Below, piece by piece: positions 8,886-20,690 of a DNA stretch of 39,534 nt; the first letter of the stretch is position 1, and each line of letters starts with the position of its first letter. The stretch is taken from assembly GCF_001194135.2 (NCBI RefSeq), contig NC_069000.1, positions 14,123,722-14,163,255 on the forward strand, read 5' to 3'. A program made the position numbers and the translations under genes. Source of the stretch: Octopus bimaculoides (taxonomy: Eukaryota). A model generated the notes under the pieces. The model was not told the DNA's origin. It was given only the letters and a program-made list of their open reading frames with translations, and did not search any database.

Positions 8886-9740
8886 TTGTAAAGTGGGCTC
8901 CTCCCATTGGTGTGATGTGTGACTGCCGATGGACTGTAGTTGCTGTTTTATGCTAGAAACCACAATAGTTACTAGTCATCGGATACCGATGTTTCTTTTC
9001 GTACCGTCGTACCGGAATAGTAATACACTAACTTTTTCGGTCTTACAATCGCTGAGAGCTCCGCAAGACACCGACTAAAACTGTCGATTCTCAACTCTTT
9101 GGCTTTCGATGACCGGCTACTGGTCTATTTATAATGGGCTATCTCCTACTACTTTTTACCTGGAGGGAAATACAGTTTTATTATACACCATCTCCCCTTG
9201 TAATTATTTTATTTAACAATCAATTTCTTTTATTCACCCCACCTCTTTATATATATATANNNNNNNNNNNNNNNNNNNNNNNNNNNNNNNNNNNNNNNNN
9301 NNNNNNNNNNNNNNNNNNNNNNNNNNNNNNNNNNNNNNNNNNNNNNNNNNNNNNNNNNNNNNNNNNNNNNNNNNNNNNNNNNNNNNNNNNNNNNNNNNNN
9401 NNNNNNNNNNNNNNNNNNNNNNNNNNNNNNNNNNATATATACAATCAATATCTTTTCTTCTTAGAGTCTACTTTTAGGAATTCAACGTTCTTCCTCTTCC
9501 TTGTATGCGTGGTTTCGACTTCTTGTAACGGTGTTAGAACCTGAAAAGTGTCATATAGCCAATCCATCAGTATTTCTACTCTTGTTGGTTCTTTTTCTAT
9601 GACACTTTCCTTAAGCTGATTTTTACGTCTCCTTTCCAATCCATTTCTGTTTCTTACACCATACATCATTCTTTCTATGTATGTTATAATTTCGTCTTCT
9701 CAGTATTGGATTAATTCGACCATTCCTTATTGATGGTAGT

Positions 9741-10259
9741 GTGACTGGTACATTTTACTTGAACTGTCCGACAATCTGTCGTACCAAGCATTCAAGAGGA
9801 CTTTGAAGATGTAGAATTTTACTTCCAGCAAGATGCCCCCCCACACACACACACACTACCATAGTGATGTAAGGGCCTACCTTGATGAAATTTTGTCAGA
9901 CAGGTGGATTTGACGAAGAGGTTCACAAGAATACTTTTCGCGTTCACTGGACTCGACACTATTAACCATTTTTTTTTTTTTATGGTGGTACTCAAAAGAT
10001 GAAGTTTGCGGTACGAAACCAGCAATAGTCAACGAATTGAGTGCAACCATTGAACGAGAATGAGCACAACAACCGAACGAAATACCTCTTGTTTGTAGCA
10101 GATGGACCGGAACGGCCATCAGTTTGAAAACAGGCGTTCATAAAGGAAAATTAAATTCTGTATGTAGATTGTATTAAATTTTGAAAATTAAATAAATTTT
10201 AATTAAAACTGACTTTATAATCATTCAATGTGTATATATATTTTCGGGCGGACTCTGTA
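9741..10259 (+). mobile_element. Tc1/mariner (maT/DD37D-like) transposase 3' remnant with terminal repeat
   Basis: Decayed frame FYFQQDAPPH..HYHSDVRAYLDEILSDRWI*RRGSQEYFSRSLDSTLL resembles FQQDGAPPHY..RWIGRRG..WPPRSPDLTPLDF; ends gggcggactctgta. Confidence 0.8.
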
Positions 10260-10473
10260 TTCATTATTTCAAAGATTAAGCACAAAAACAAGTTTACTTT
10301 ATATTAGAGTAATGTATGTGGATCAGTAATGGAGACGGCGAGGTACACGTAGGTACGACGTATATCTACGTCTTAATTTCCTGGAGGTGGAGTCTACTAA
10401 TGGAGACATTTATTATTAGCTATGATTTGTTAAGTTTCTATTGACAAAAATACACTCCTTCATATATTATAAT

Positions 10474-10667
10474 TATCTTTTACTTGTTTCAATCATTAGA
10501 CTACAGTCATTCTTGGGTACCGCCTTGAAGAACTTTTAGTCGAATGAATCGCCCCCCCCCCCAGTATATTCTTTTAAATGTACTCGGATTGATTCATTCG
10601 ACTAAAATTTCTTCGAGGAGGTGCCCCAGCATGGCTGTAGTCTAATGATTGAAACAAGTAAAAGATA
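10474..10667. repeat. Foldback element: two inverted SINE-B 3' ends, 77-bp arms, 40-nt spacer
   Basis: Arms 10474-10550 and 10591-10667 differ at ~7 of 77 positions by hand alignment. Confidence 0.9.
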
Positions 10668-11011
10668 CAGTTTCTACTATATGAAAGATTTATGTTCGAC
10701 GAGAGAGCTTCTCAAATTCAGTAAGGCCAACCATTTGAAGCTACAGCGAGGATTCTAGTTACGTGCTATTCATATTTAGAAGGCGGGAACAGCTGCGGTG
10801 ATTGTGCTTCTTTTTTCTTGTTTTCATTTTTCTGTCGAAGGAGACAAGATTGGTGCGATTCCATTCGGGAACGCTGACCTGCATTTTTATTCTTAATACA
10901 TTCTAGCAGAATCGAACGTGAATATGCTAATCGCTGCTGGATTTCGTTGCAAGAGTACAGCTTTTCCTTTAGACGAATATGTGTTCATAACACACTAGAT
11001 TCATTAGAGGT

Positions 11012-11481
11012 AATATTTATCACTACTTAAATGTGGATGTTCTATTAGAGCAAACAATACTGCGGGGGTTACCATGCGAGAACTCTCACACTGGTTTTGT
11101 AGTGGAAAATGCAGTTTTGTTTATATCGCTAACGGGGAGATAAATCCCTGCTACCTCCAGCACCGAAACCACCAGAGCACGTGATTTCGACCTTGTTTGA
11201 TCTTTTCAATGATTGACACTCAACCGCAAGAGGCTATAGCGATTCATCTCCCCACCAGCATCTAGCGGTCGAGTGCCCATCATTGACAAGACCAAACAAG
11301 GTCGAAATCACATGATCTGGTGGTCTCGGCGCCGGAGGAGGCTGAGATTTGTCTCCCTGTTAGTGATATAAACAAGAGTGCATTTTGCATCAAAAAACCA
11401 AGACGAGAGTTCCTGTCATGTTAACTACCGTAATATAGTTTGTTCTAATAGAACATCCACATTTAAGTGGAGATCAATATT
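11012..11481. repeat. Long inverted repeat, ~217-bp arms, 37-nt spacer
   Basis: Arms 11012-11227 and 11265-11481; about 40 differences by hand (~82% identity). Confidence 0.9.
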
Positions 11482-11830
11482 GCATCACGATATCAATACT
11501 GGCTCTGTCGCGAATATATTCAATTCTTTAGTAAAAGGGGATTCTGGGACAGTCGGTATTTCGACATCGTTGTGTAGGGTCAGCCAGAAGTACTCCCAGA
11601 CCAATGGATCTAACAAGAATCTTGTTTATAATCTCAACGAACAAACCGTTCGCTGATCCGTGCTGATATCTGCCGGCCGATAACAATTCGTCATATGACG
11701 AATGTTTTCGAGGTGTCTTTTCATGTGGTTGGTGTAAATTCGGCCTGAGGTGACGAGGTTGAAGAAATATGACACTTGGGTGGAGAAGGTTAAGGATGAA
11801 TAGAGGATGATATCATCTGTGTAGAAGTGG
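11265..11830 (-). mobile_element. Decayed CR1-like LINE reverse transcriptase fragment
   Basis: Minus frame HFYTDDIILYSSLTFS (YADD-like) followed downstream by LNIF.., LKCGCSI.. and FRPCL (IRPCLEY-like). Confidence 0.55.
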
Positions 11831-12289
11831 GGGGNNNNNNNNNNGGGGGGGGGTTGGCGGTGACGGTAAGTAGGTCGTTGATGATTCTTTTATACAAAAC
11901 ACCAAAGAAAAAATGACAAAGGTGATCAAAGTAAATTCAAAGAATATCGTCTCTCCACACACCCTACTCCACGTACCCTACTCCACCAACGTTCTAGTTA
12001 CTACTCCTCAAAACATTTCCCACTCATGTCGGCGTGAAAAGGAGATAACGAATTAATCTACTTCTCTAAACCTATGTATTATTATTATTATTATCACTAT
12101 CTGTGCCAATGAACTCATTATAAAATACTAATGAAATGGCGATTTTTTTTTTCTTTCAAAATGAAGTATAAATAAAACAGAACAAATTTCTTGATCTGAT
12201 CCCCTAAGAATATTGGTTGACCTTTGATATTTAGCAAACAGGTTTTTTCCAATATTTTCTAGAATCAGATCTAGAAATTTGTTACGTTG

Positions 12290-12541
<252 letters not shown>

Positions 12542-13112
12542 GGTGTCGCATAAACGATCTCCTTCCTAGTTCACTAGCAAACTTATTGCCTCCAACCAGA
12601 CGACCGTTATTACTTCCCAAACCGGTTAATAATATGTTTATTTAGTTCTCACGTCCAGCTTGGACAGGTTTTCTTGTGCTTCTTTGCCAGTTAAACTATT
12701 TATTCACGTGTGTTTGCATGCCTTATACATCAAGACATTACTGGCTAACCAATTATTTTTGTTACTTTAGAACAGACACATACACCTTCTTCTGTTTCAC
12801 TTGTCCTATGCATTATTACTTCACTCAATCTTTTAATCTTTTTTCTCTTCCTTCTTTTTTTCTGCTCTCTCTCTCTCTCTCCCTTTCTTTCTCCCGTTGC
12901 TTGCTTTCTTTTTCCCCTCTCTTTCTCTCTATCACCCTCCTTTTATCTCGCTCTTGTTCTCTTGCTTTTGCTAACTATCAAAGTACGTCAACCTACATCT
13001 TTGCTCTCAAGAAAATTCTTTTAACCAGCCCTACCCACCACCACCAACAACATACACCAGAATCAAGCAAGAAAAGGAGAAAGACAGGATATGCATATAC
13101 AAGATAGACAGG

Positions 13113-13177
<65 letters not shown>
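13113..13177. repeat. (GATA)n microsatellite
   Basis: Directly visible. Confidence 0.95.
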
Positions 13178-13178
<1 letters not shown>

Positions 13179-13558
13179 CATACATATGCAGGCACGTACA
13201 TAAACGAGTATATTATATGCGTGTGTCAGCATGTGTTTGTATTATTGTACTGGTGACGTCTATCGAGGCAGAAACATGTGCATAGTTGTCTTTTCCTTAC
13301 TAGCATATCAATTTTAATGAATTCTTGATTCTTGAAATAATCTCCCCTTCTGATCTGGAGACAGTACGAACTGCCAACAAGCGACTGGTTTATCTGTTCC
13401 AGAAAGGGAGATCATTCTAATAAATCGAGAATTTTATCTTCTATATTATTTAATATACCTTTATTCGAGCTTTTCGCTCGGAAACATGCCACTGGTCACC
13501 CTGCGATGTACGGAGGTTCTGCGCCCACGTGCACGAAACTTAAGTAAAGCGGAGTAAA

Positions 13559-13560
<2 letters not shown>

Positions 13561-13626
<66 letters not shown>
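13561..13626. repeat. (AC)n microsatellite
   Basis: Directly visible. Confidence 0.95.
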
Positions 13627-13628
<2 letters not shown>

Positions 13629-13913
13629 ATACAATAAACTGAACGGAAGCAGGAAAAAAGAAGGTAATTATTTTTTGAATTGTAAAATGAAAAAGAAAAA
13701 GAATTGGCTTTTAACAGATTTTTCAGTCAGTGGGTGTGGAACTATGTCAGTAAGCAGGTAATAGTTGTATGACGAAAATTGTTGACACCTTATGAAATAA
13801 ATGTAAGATACATACGACATTAACAGCTTAGTGTGGGGAAGGCGACGAGCTGGCAGAATCGTCAGCATGCTGGACGAAACGATTAGTGATATTTCGATAT
13901 ATATATATATATA

Positions 13914-14023
13914 CCGAAAAATTTCGTAATGAAAAAAATTCATCGTTTCTTCATAGATATATTTAATTATATATAAAGGGCATTAACTGTGTATTAATGC
14001 CTCACGCTATCGAGGGACTAAAT
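13914..14023 (+). repeat. ~110-bp dispersed repeat, copy 1 (copy 2 at 39336-39442, opposite strand)
   Basis: aaatttcgtaatgaaaaaaattcatc...gcattaactgtgtattaatgcctcacgctatcgagggactaaat matches the reverse complement of 39336-39442. Confidence 0.85.
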
Positions 14024-15122
14024 AAGTAAAAAAAAAAAAAAACTACCAAAAATAAGCAACATATTTCAGGGATATATAATTGTGAACAAAAGTCATCGTT
14101 GCTGTGATGGCTACATCGTGATAGGTTGATTCTTGTTTATTTTTATATATCTTGACCATACGTGTACTGATGAACAAAAGAATACAGGTTACTTCACNNN
14201 NNNNNNNNNNNNNNNNNNNNNNNNNNNNNNNNNNNNNNNNNNNNNNNNNNNNNNNNNNNNNNNNNNNNNNNNNNNNNNNNNNNNNNNNNNNNNNNNNNNN
14301 NNNNNNNNNNNNNNNNNNNNNNNNNNNNNNNNNNNNNNNNNNNNNNNNNNNNNNNNNNNNNNNNNNNNNNNNNNNNNNNNNNNNNNNNNNNNNNNNNNNN
14401 NNNNNNNNNNNNNNNNNNNNNNNNNNNNNNNNNNNNNNNNNNNNNNNNNNNNNNNNNNNNNNNNNNNNNNNNNNNNNNNNNNNNNNNNNNNNNNNNNNNN
14501 NNNNNNNNNNNNNNNNNNNNNNNNNNNNNNNNNNNNNNNNNNNNNNNNNNNNNNNNNNNNNNNNNNNNNNNNNNNNNNNNNNNNNNNNNNNNNNNNNNNN
14601 NGTGTTCTGTATATGTGTATGTGTGTTGTCGTCACGGAAGCTATGTATTTTTTTCGTGAAGAAATAACAAAAAATTGCGTTTAATCGTTTAAATGGAGGT
14701 CCAAATGTCACAAAAGTTTGTACTGCACTACCGAAGGTAAGTAGGAAAATAAGTATGTAAAAAGAAAATTAAGATAAGATATACTTTTTCTGAGATATTT
14801 CAGTTACACACAAACATCCCTAGAGTTCTAGTATTATCAAGATATGCATGTGTGTGTGTGTATGTGTGTGTGTGTGTGTGTGTATAGTAAAAGACACTTG
14901 CACAACGTGTTATGCATTCGACTAAACCCGTATGTATTTGTGTGTAGATAGATAGATAGATAGATATAAAACAAAACAAAAAATGGAACAAGAACGTAAC
15001 AGGTGACAACAAAACATTCGAACAGTTAGACGATAAAAAAAAAGGACAGGAAAAAACAAGAACGGGTTATTCGGAGCTTTCAATCTTCAGTCGAGTACCA
15101 GATCGTCTTTGCAGTTTCGGCC

Positions 15123-15170
<48 letters not shown>

Positions 15171-15346
15171 GGACACGCACACATATACAAACATGCGTGC
15201 ATACACAAATACGCCTACAAACAGACAAGCACACAACATATATTATATATCGATATACGTTTCCTATAGATAATATGTAAATCATATAATACTGACTTAG
15301 TTGTCTTCACTGCTATGGGCCTTCTGTTATTTCCTTTTTAATGTAT

Positions 15347-15716
15347 TACTCTTTTACTCTTTTACTTGTTTCAGTCCTTTTGACTGTGGCCATGCTGGAG
15401 CACCGCCTTTTAGTCGAGCAAATCGACCCCAGGACTTATTCTTTAGAAGCCTAGTACTTATTCTATCTGTTCTCTTTTGCCGAACCGCTAAGTTACGGGG
15501 ACATAAACACACCAGCATCGGTTGTCAAGCGATGTCGGGGGGACAAACACACACATACAAACATACATATATATACATATATACGACGGGCTTCTTTCAG
15601 TTTCCGTCTAGCAAATCCACTCACAAGGCTTTGGTCGGCCCGAGGCTATAGTAGAAGACACTTGCCCAAGATGCCGCGCAGTGGGACTGAACCCGGGACC
15701 ATGTGGTTGGTAAGCT
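15347..15716 (-). mobile_element. Near full-length SINE family B, CpGs intact
   Basis: tRNA-like head, ttgggcaagtgtcttc core, internal (TA/TG) microsatellite and 3' end gactgaaacaagtaaaagagta. Confidence 0.9.
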
Positions 15717-15893
15717 AAGAAACTAACTATGAGTATGAGAACGGAAGATCTTTTCGAGAATTAAACATTTTTCGGAAGTGACACATCTTTAAATAAAAGC
15801 AGCCTTGGATTTTGTATGTGGGTGGGTGGAGGAGTTCCTTCACAGTTAGTATATACTTTTGTTATTTACACCACCTGTCCTCGTCTGTTGTTA

Positions 15894-15950
<57 letters not shown>

Positions 15951-16079
15951 ATAAAACTTACTTGGAAATGGATGCATGGCGTTCAATCATATGGTAACAT
16001 ATGATAATATATAAATATATATGCATACATACAGATATATATTTACATACATATATTTGTCTATACATGCATATACGGG

Positions 16080-16390
16080 CACAGGACACCACGGAACGTA
16101 AACAACATAAAATAAACATAATATACGAAAACCACCTGAAATACGAAATACGACAACATGGAAGACGAACTGTTTTTGCGAACAACGAAAGAAACAAACG
16201 AAAAATAAGACAAGCAACACGAAAAAACGACCCTTCATCAGTTGTTGGCTGCTTTTCTACTTCGTATTTCGAGCATTTCACAACAAGATACCTTTTCGAC
16301 ATAACAGTTGCTCCTGCAAAGCGGGTTAAATAAAATTTGGGATTTTGTGGAGGGTCAAGGTTGGTAAAAAAAACAAGACAGTGAAAACAG
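16080..16390. repeat. Probable interspersed repeat (possibly Penelope-associated)
   Basis: Recalled resemblance to an abundant octopus repeat (ggttaaataaaatttgggattttgtggaggg); only one copy in the window. Confidence 0.3.
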
Positions 16391-16748
16391 ACAGGAGGGG
16401 CTATGCATGTATGCATGTATGTATGTATGTATGTATGTATGTATGTATGTATGTATGTATGTATGTATGCGTGTGTGTGTGTATCGTTTGCCAATGTATA
16501 TAGAAAGAAAGAAAGAAAGAAAGAAGCACCTGAAAGAGAGCAGAGCAGTAAAATTGCCTTGTGGGTAGTGGAGTATCCAGCGTTTTGGGGAGAGTTCTTC
16601 GGAGTAAGGATGATGGGAGGGAAATAAAAGAGGAAACACAAAAAGTTCTATATCCTCTGTTGTCTTTCATTTCCCTCTTGTTAACTTTAGGCATCTAAAC
16701 ACACACACACACATGTTCATACATACCTACATATATACATACATACAC

Positions 16749-16874
<126 letters not shown>

Positions 16875-16910
16875 GCGTATTTTATTAATAATTATAAAGA
16901 CATTGAAATA

Positions 16911-17096
16911 CTGGTTTCAGATCTTGACACAAAACCAGCAATAGCGGGATAGGGGATAAGTCGATTACATCACCTCCAGTGCTCATATGGTACTTATTTA
17001 TGAACCCCGAAAGGATGAACGGCAAAGTCAACCTCTGCGAAATTTGAACTCAGAACGGAAAGACGGACGAAATGCAGTTAAAAATTTTGCCCGGTG
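16911..17096 (-). mobile_element. 5'-truncated SINE A with 15-bp target-site duplication
   Basis: AAAGACATTGAAATA at 16896-16910 and 17097-17111 flanks the copy. Confidence 0.9.
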
Positions 17097-17111
17097 AAAG
17101 ACATTGAAATA

Positions 17112-17254
17112 TTTATTTCTTTATTTGCCCACAAAGGTCTAAACATAGAGGGGACAAACAAGGACAGACAGAGGGATTAAATCGATTGCATCGACCCCAG
17201 TGCGTAACTCATACTTATTTAATCGACCCCGAAAGGATGAAAAGCAAAGTCGAC
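17112..17254 (-). mobile_element. SINE A variant (alternative 3' tail), 5'-truncated
   Basis: Same core (aatcgaccccgaaaggatgaaaagcaaagtcgac); the tail matches that of the copy at 38148-38355. Confidence 0.85.
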
Positions 17255-17259
17255 AGAAT

Positions 17260-17424
17260 GTGTTACGCTGACCCTTTTAAATACAAGTACAACTCATTTT
17301 TGCCAACTGAGTGAACTGAAGAAACGTGAAATAACTTGTCTTGCTCAAGGACATAGCGCGTCGCCAGGTATCGAACTAACGACTTTAGAATCGTGAGCCG
17401 AATACCCTAATCCCTTAGCCACGC
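17260..17424 (-). mobile_element. tRNA-derived SINE family D
   Basis: Minus head gcgtggctaagggattagggtattcggctcacg...gttcgatacc, then tgtccttgagcaagac core; sibling at 24214-24342. Confidence 0.75.
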
Positions 17425-17720
17425 ACAAATAGGTATAATCTCAAAATTTCTCCTAGGGATATCTAAGCAAAGATTAGAAGTCTCTTTGGGAAGACACTGT
17501 CTCTGCTGAGTTCATCTGTCCTTTTGTACGGTTGCCGGTTTAACCGCTTTATATTTTGAATAGGTGAAAAAAGATTTTTCTACATAGAGAAAGGGATGAA
17601 TGGCTAGGGCTCATGGGATATAAATCAAAGTAGAGTTGCTAAGGAGTTTCTTATTTAAATGGAATTCTTTTTTGTTTGGATTCCATTTGTGGTGACCGAA
17701 ATCACTCATAAGTCTTAAAG

Positions 17721-18185
17721 CAGTGACTTTTCAACCGGGGTCCGTATAAGATATTGATTTCAAGTTTTGGCACAAGGCCGCCAATTTCGGGGAGCGGTTA
17801 AGTTGATTACATCGACCTCCAGTACTCAAGTGGTACTTATTTTAATGACACCCAAAGGATAAAAGGCAAAGTCGGTCCCGGCGAAATTTGAACTCACAAA
17901 GTAAAGATGGATGAAATGCCGCTAAGCATCTCGTCCGGCGTGCTAACGATTCTGCCAACTTGCCGCCTTAAGGGGGGAAGCATATGAGATATAGTTGCTA
18001 AAATGTATGCGTAATACATTGGTTATATACTCCTACGATGCACAAAATATTTTAACAATTTTTTATAGAATTCCTAATAATATTTAATTATAGAAATATG
18101 ATATAATTTTTTTTAAACATCGAATTGCTAGGAGAGTCCATCTAAGTAAAATAGGAATTAAAACGGTCCATAGGTAGAAAAGGTC
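17721..18185. mobile_element. hAT-like MITE remnant interrupted by a SINE A
   Basis: Starts cagtgacttttcaaccggggtcc (Charlie/hAT-like terminus); ggtccataggtagaaa at the far end. Family assignment is from recall. Confidence 0.45.
17756..17969 (-). mobile_element. Full-length SINE A
   Basis: Head aaggcggcaagttggcagaatcgttagcacgccggacgagatgc, B box gagttcaaatttc and conserved core. Confidence 0.9.
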
Positions 18186-18356
18186 TTATAGTTAAAGTAG
18201 CTCTTGGAGAATTAAAACAGGTGTCTTAGAAGAACACGAATTAGAATACAGACGTTCCTAAATACATACTCACTGAGATTTACAGGTAAATAAATATACA
18301 CACCTGAAAGTATATATACTTATCTAAGTACATAAACATATCTAAAAATACAAAAG

Positions 18357-18357
<1 letters not shown>

Positions 18358-18401
<44 letters not shown>

Positions 18402-18501
18402 TCAATACCTGCATATAGCAACATAGCACATACACACACACACACACACACACGCACACACAAGCACACAAGCACACACGCACGTTCACGCACATGTACA
18501 C

Positions 18502-18561
<60 letters not shown>

Positions 18562-18805
18562 GGACGGACGGACGGACGGACTAACAGACAGACAGATAAT
18601 GTATATTCCCAGAAATACATACATACATACATACATACATACACACGTATGTATGTACTGTATGTATGTATGTATGAATTTGTGTGTATGTATATATATA
18701 TATAAGTATGTAATGAATGCATATAATGAATGCATATAATGAATGCATATAATGAATGTATAAACAGGTACACATAAATACACACACACACACACACACA
18801 CATAA
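18358..18805. repeat. Microsatellite cluster (TG, AC, GACA, GACG, TACA) with 13-nt repeat AATGAATGCATAT
   Basis: Directly visible. Confidence 0.95.
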
Positions 18806-18883
18806 TAACAATCACCAGCATACAACTCACATAATTGCGTTACCGAATTATATGACATAATGGGAGCCGTTAGAATAAATGTT

Positions 18884-18900
18884 GCCCCACCTAGTGGCCA
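18884..18900 (-). promoter_or_regulatory. CTCF-like motif TGGCCACTAGGTGGGGC
   Basis: Matches the CCASYAGRKGGC consensus with one mismatch, plus the TGG 5' flank. Confidence 0.35.
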
Positions 18901-19541
18901 TTCATCTGTTCCGTCTTAATCAAACATGTTTTGAATTCATAGAGAATAAACAAAATCTGGTATGTTGTGATGTACGGACTCAAACGCGGTTTATTGTTGC
19001 TTTAAGTTTCAATAAATATATCGTTGTCACTCGGTGACTGGCTGAGAAAAATACTCAGAGCCACACATACATACATACATACATACATACATACATACAT
19101 ACATACATACATACAAACATGCATGCATGCATAATTTGTTTTAGCTATTATGGCTAAGACCATGCTGGAGCATACGTGTTCGTAAGACATACAGCCGGTT
19201 ACCTTATGTGTTACATGTATTTCACCAATTGTACTGGGACTGTTGTCTAGTTCCCGTTAGTTTTCAGTGTCGAGGAAACAATTCTGTTTCTCGAGAACAA
19301 AAAGAAGAAAAAAAACACTCCTAGATTTCACAAAAGGACTTTAAGAAACGATAGGAAGTAACTTCAGTTGAAGAAAAGAGACGGATTTAAGGAAATCAGA
19401 CGATCAAATTGCCATGATAACTCAACAGAAAAGGTAAATAGATTTTAACTTTACTTTCTGTCGCTAAGTTTTGGTAATATTAATTTGCGAGCGTACTACA
19501 GTTGTCAATTGTTGAAAGAAAGAAATTGTAAAATAAGAATG

Positions 19542-19613
<72 letters not shown>

Positions 19614-20162
19614 TGTGTAGGAAGTGAAGGATAAAAATATGGAGAGAAGTGGACAGGTGGACAGGTGCACATACATACATACATACATACATGCGTGTGT
19701 ATGTATGTGTATTAATGTGTGTGTTATGTTATAATATAAACAGTTTAACATTTATCATACCTATACCTTATTATGTTCATCTTAATTTATTTTACTTTTT
19801 CAAGAAGAGGATTTGACAGTAACAAAAGCTAACAAATCGGAACTTCGAAGTCACCCCTCTTCTTGTCAAAGTTTGCGTGTCCTTTCGCGCGCGCGTATGT
19901 GTGTGTGTGTACGGAAAACTGTACGTTAGCGTACTGGGACATTCGTTCAGTTATTCCACCCGTTTCATTCTGGAATTTGTCAAATACAAATTTTTTTAAT
20001 AAAATTACGTTTTCCAAAGATACCGGCATAATTTGAAAAATTATGGTGAATTCGTCGGTATTGTTGTTTTAGTATATTACGAATCAAAACTCCGCTCCAC
20101 CTCGGGAAAAATGTTTTGATAACAAAATCCGTTATAACCCGAAAGCTACACCATCTAAAGAG

Positions 20163-20504
20163 TACTTGTTTGTCATTAGACTGTGTCCATGCTGGAGCAC
20201 CACCGTGAAGAATTTTAGTCGAATGAATCGACCCCAGGACTTTTTTTAAAGCCTGGTACTTATTCTGTTGAAATCTTTTGCCGAACCGCTAGATTACGGG
20301 GATGTAAACACACCAACACCGATTGTCAAGCGGTGGTGGTTGGGGAACACACACACACACACACACACACACACANNNNNNNNNNNNNNNNNNNNNNNNN
20401 NNNNNNNNNNNNNNNNNNNNNNNNNNNNNNNNNNNNNNNNNNNNNNNNNNNNNNNNNNNNNNNNNNNNNNNNNNNNNNNNNNNNNNNNNNNNNNNNNNNN
20501 NNNN

Positions 20505-20536
<32 letters not shown>

Positions 20537-20690
20537 GACGGGTTTCTTTCAGTTTCCGTTTACCAAATCCATTAACAAGGCTTTGGTCTGATCGAGGTTA
20601 TAGTAGAAGACACTTGCATGAGGTGCTAACTGAACTCGGAGTCATGTGGTAGGTAAGCAAGTTTCTTACCACACGGCCACACATGCGCCT
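20163..20690 (-). mobile_element. SINE family B (internal microsatellite spans an N gap)
   Basis: Both halves are colinear with 15347-15716. Confidence 0.85.

Noticed and set aside
11378-11656. Plus ORF of 92 aa
   Set aside because: Antisense reading of the decayed CR1-like fragment and inverted-repeat arm.
16880-16930. NYKDIEIL peptide resembling the R4 KYKDLEI motif
   Set aside because: It is the SINE target-site duplication; no other R4 sequence is adjacent.
19813-19868. GGAACTTCGAAGTCAC similar to the 8.6-kb hammerhead stem III, flanked by ttgaca/tgtcaa
   Set aside because: CUGANGA core, stem II and GAAA are absent; at most a destroyed relic or coincidence.
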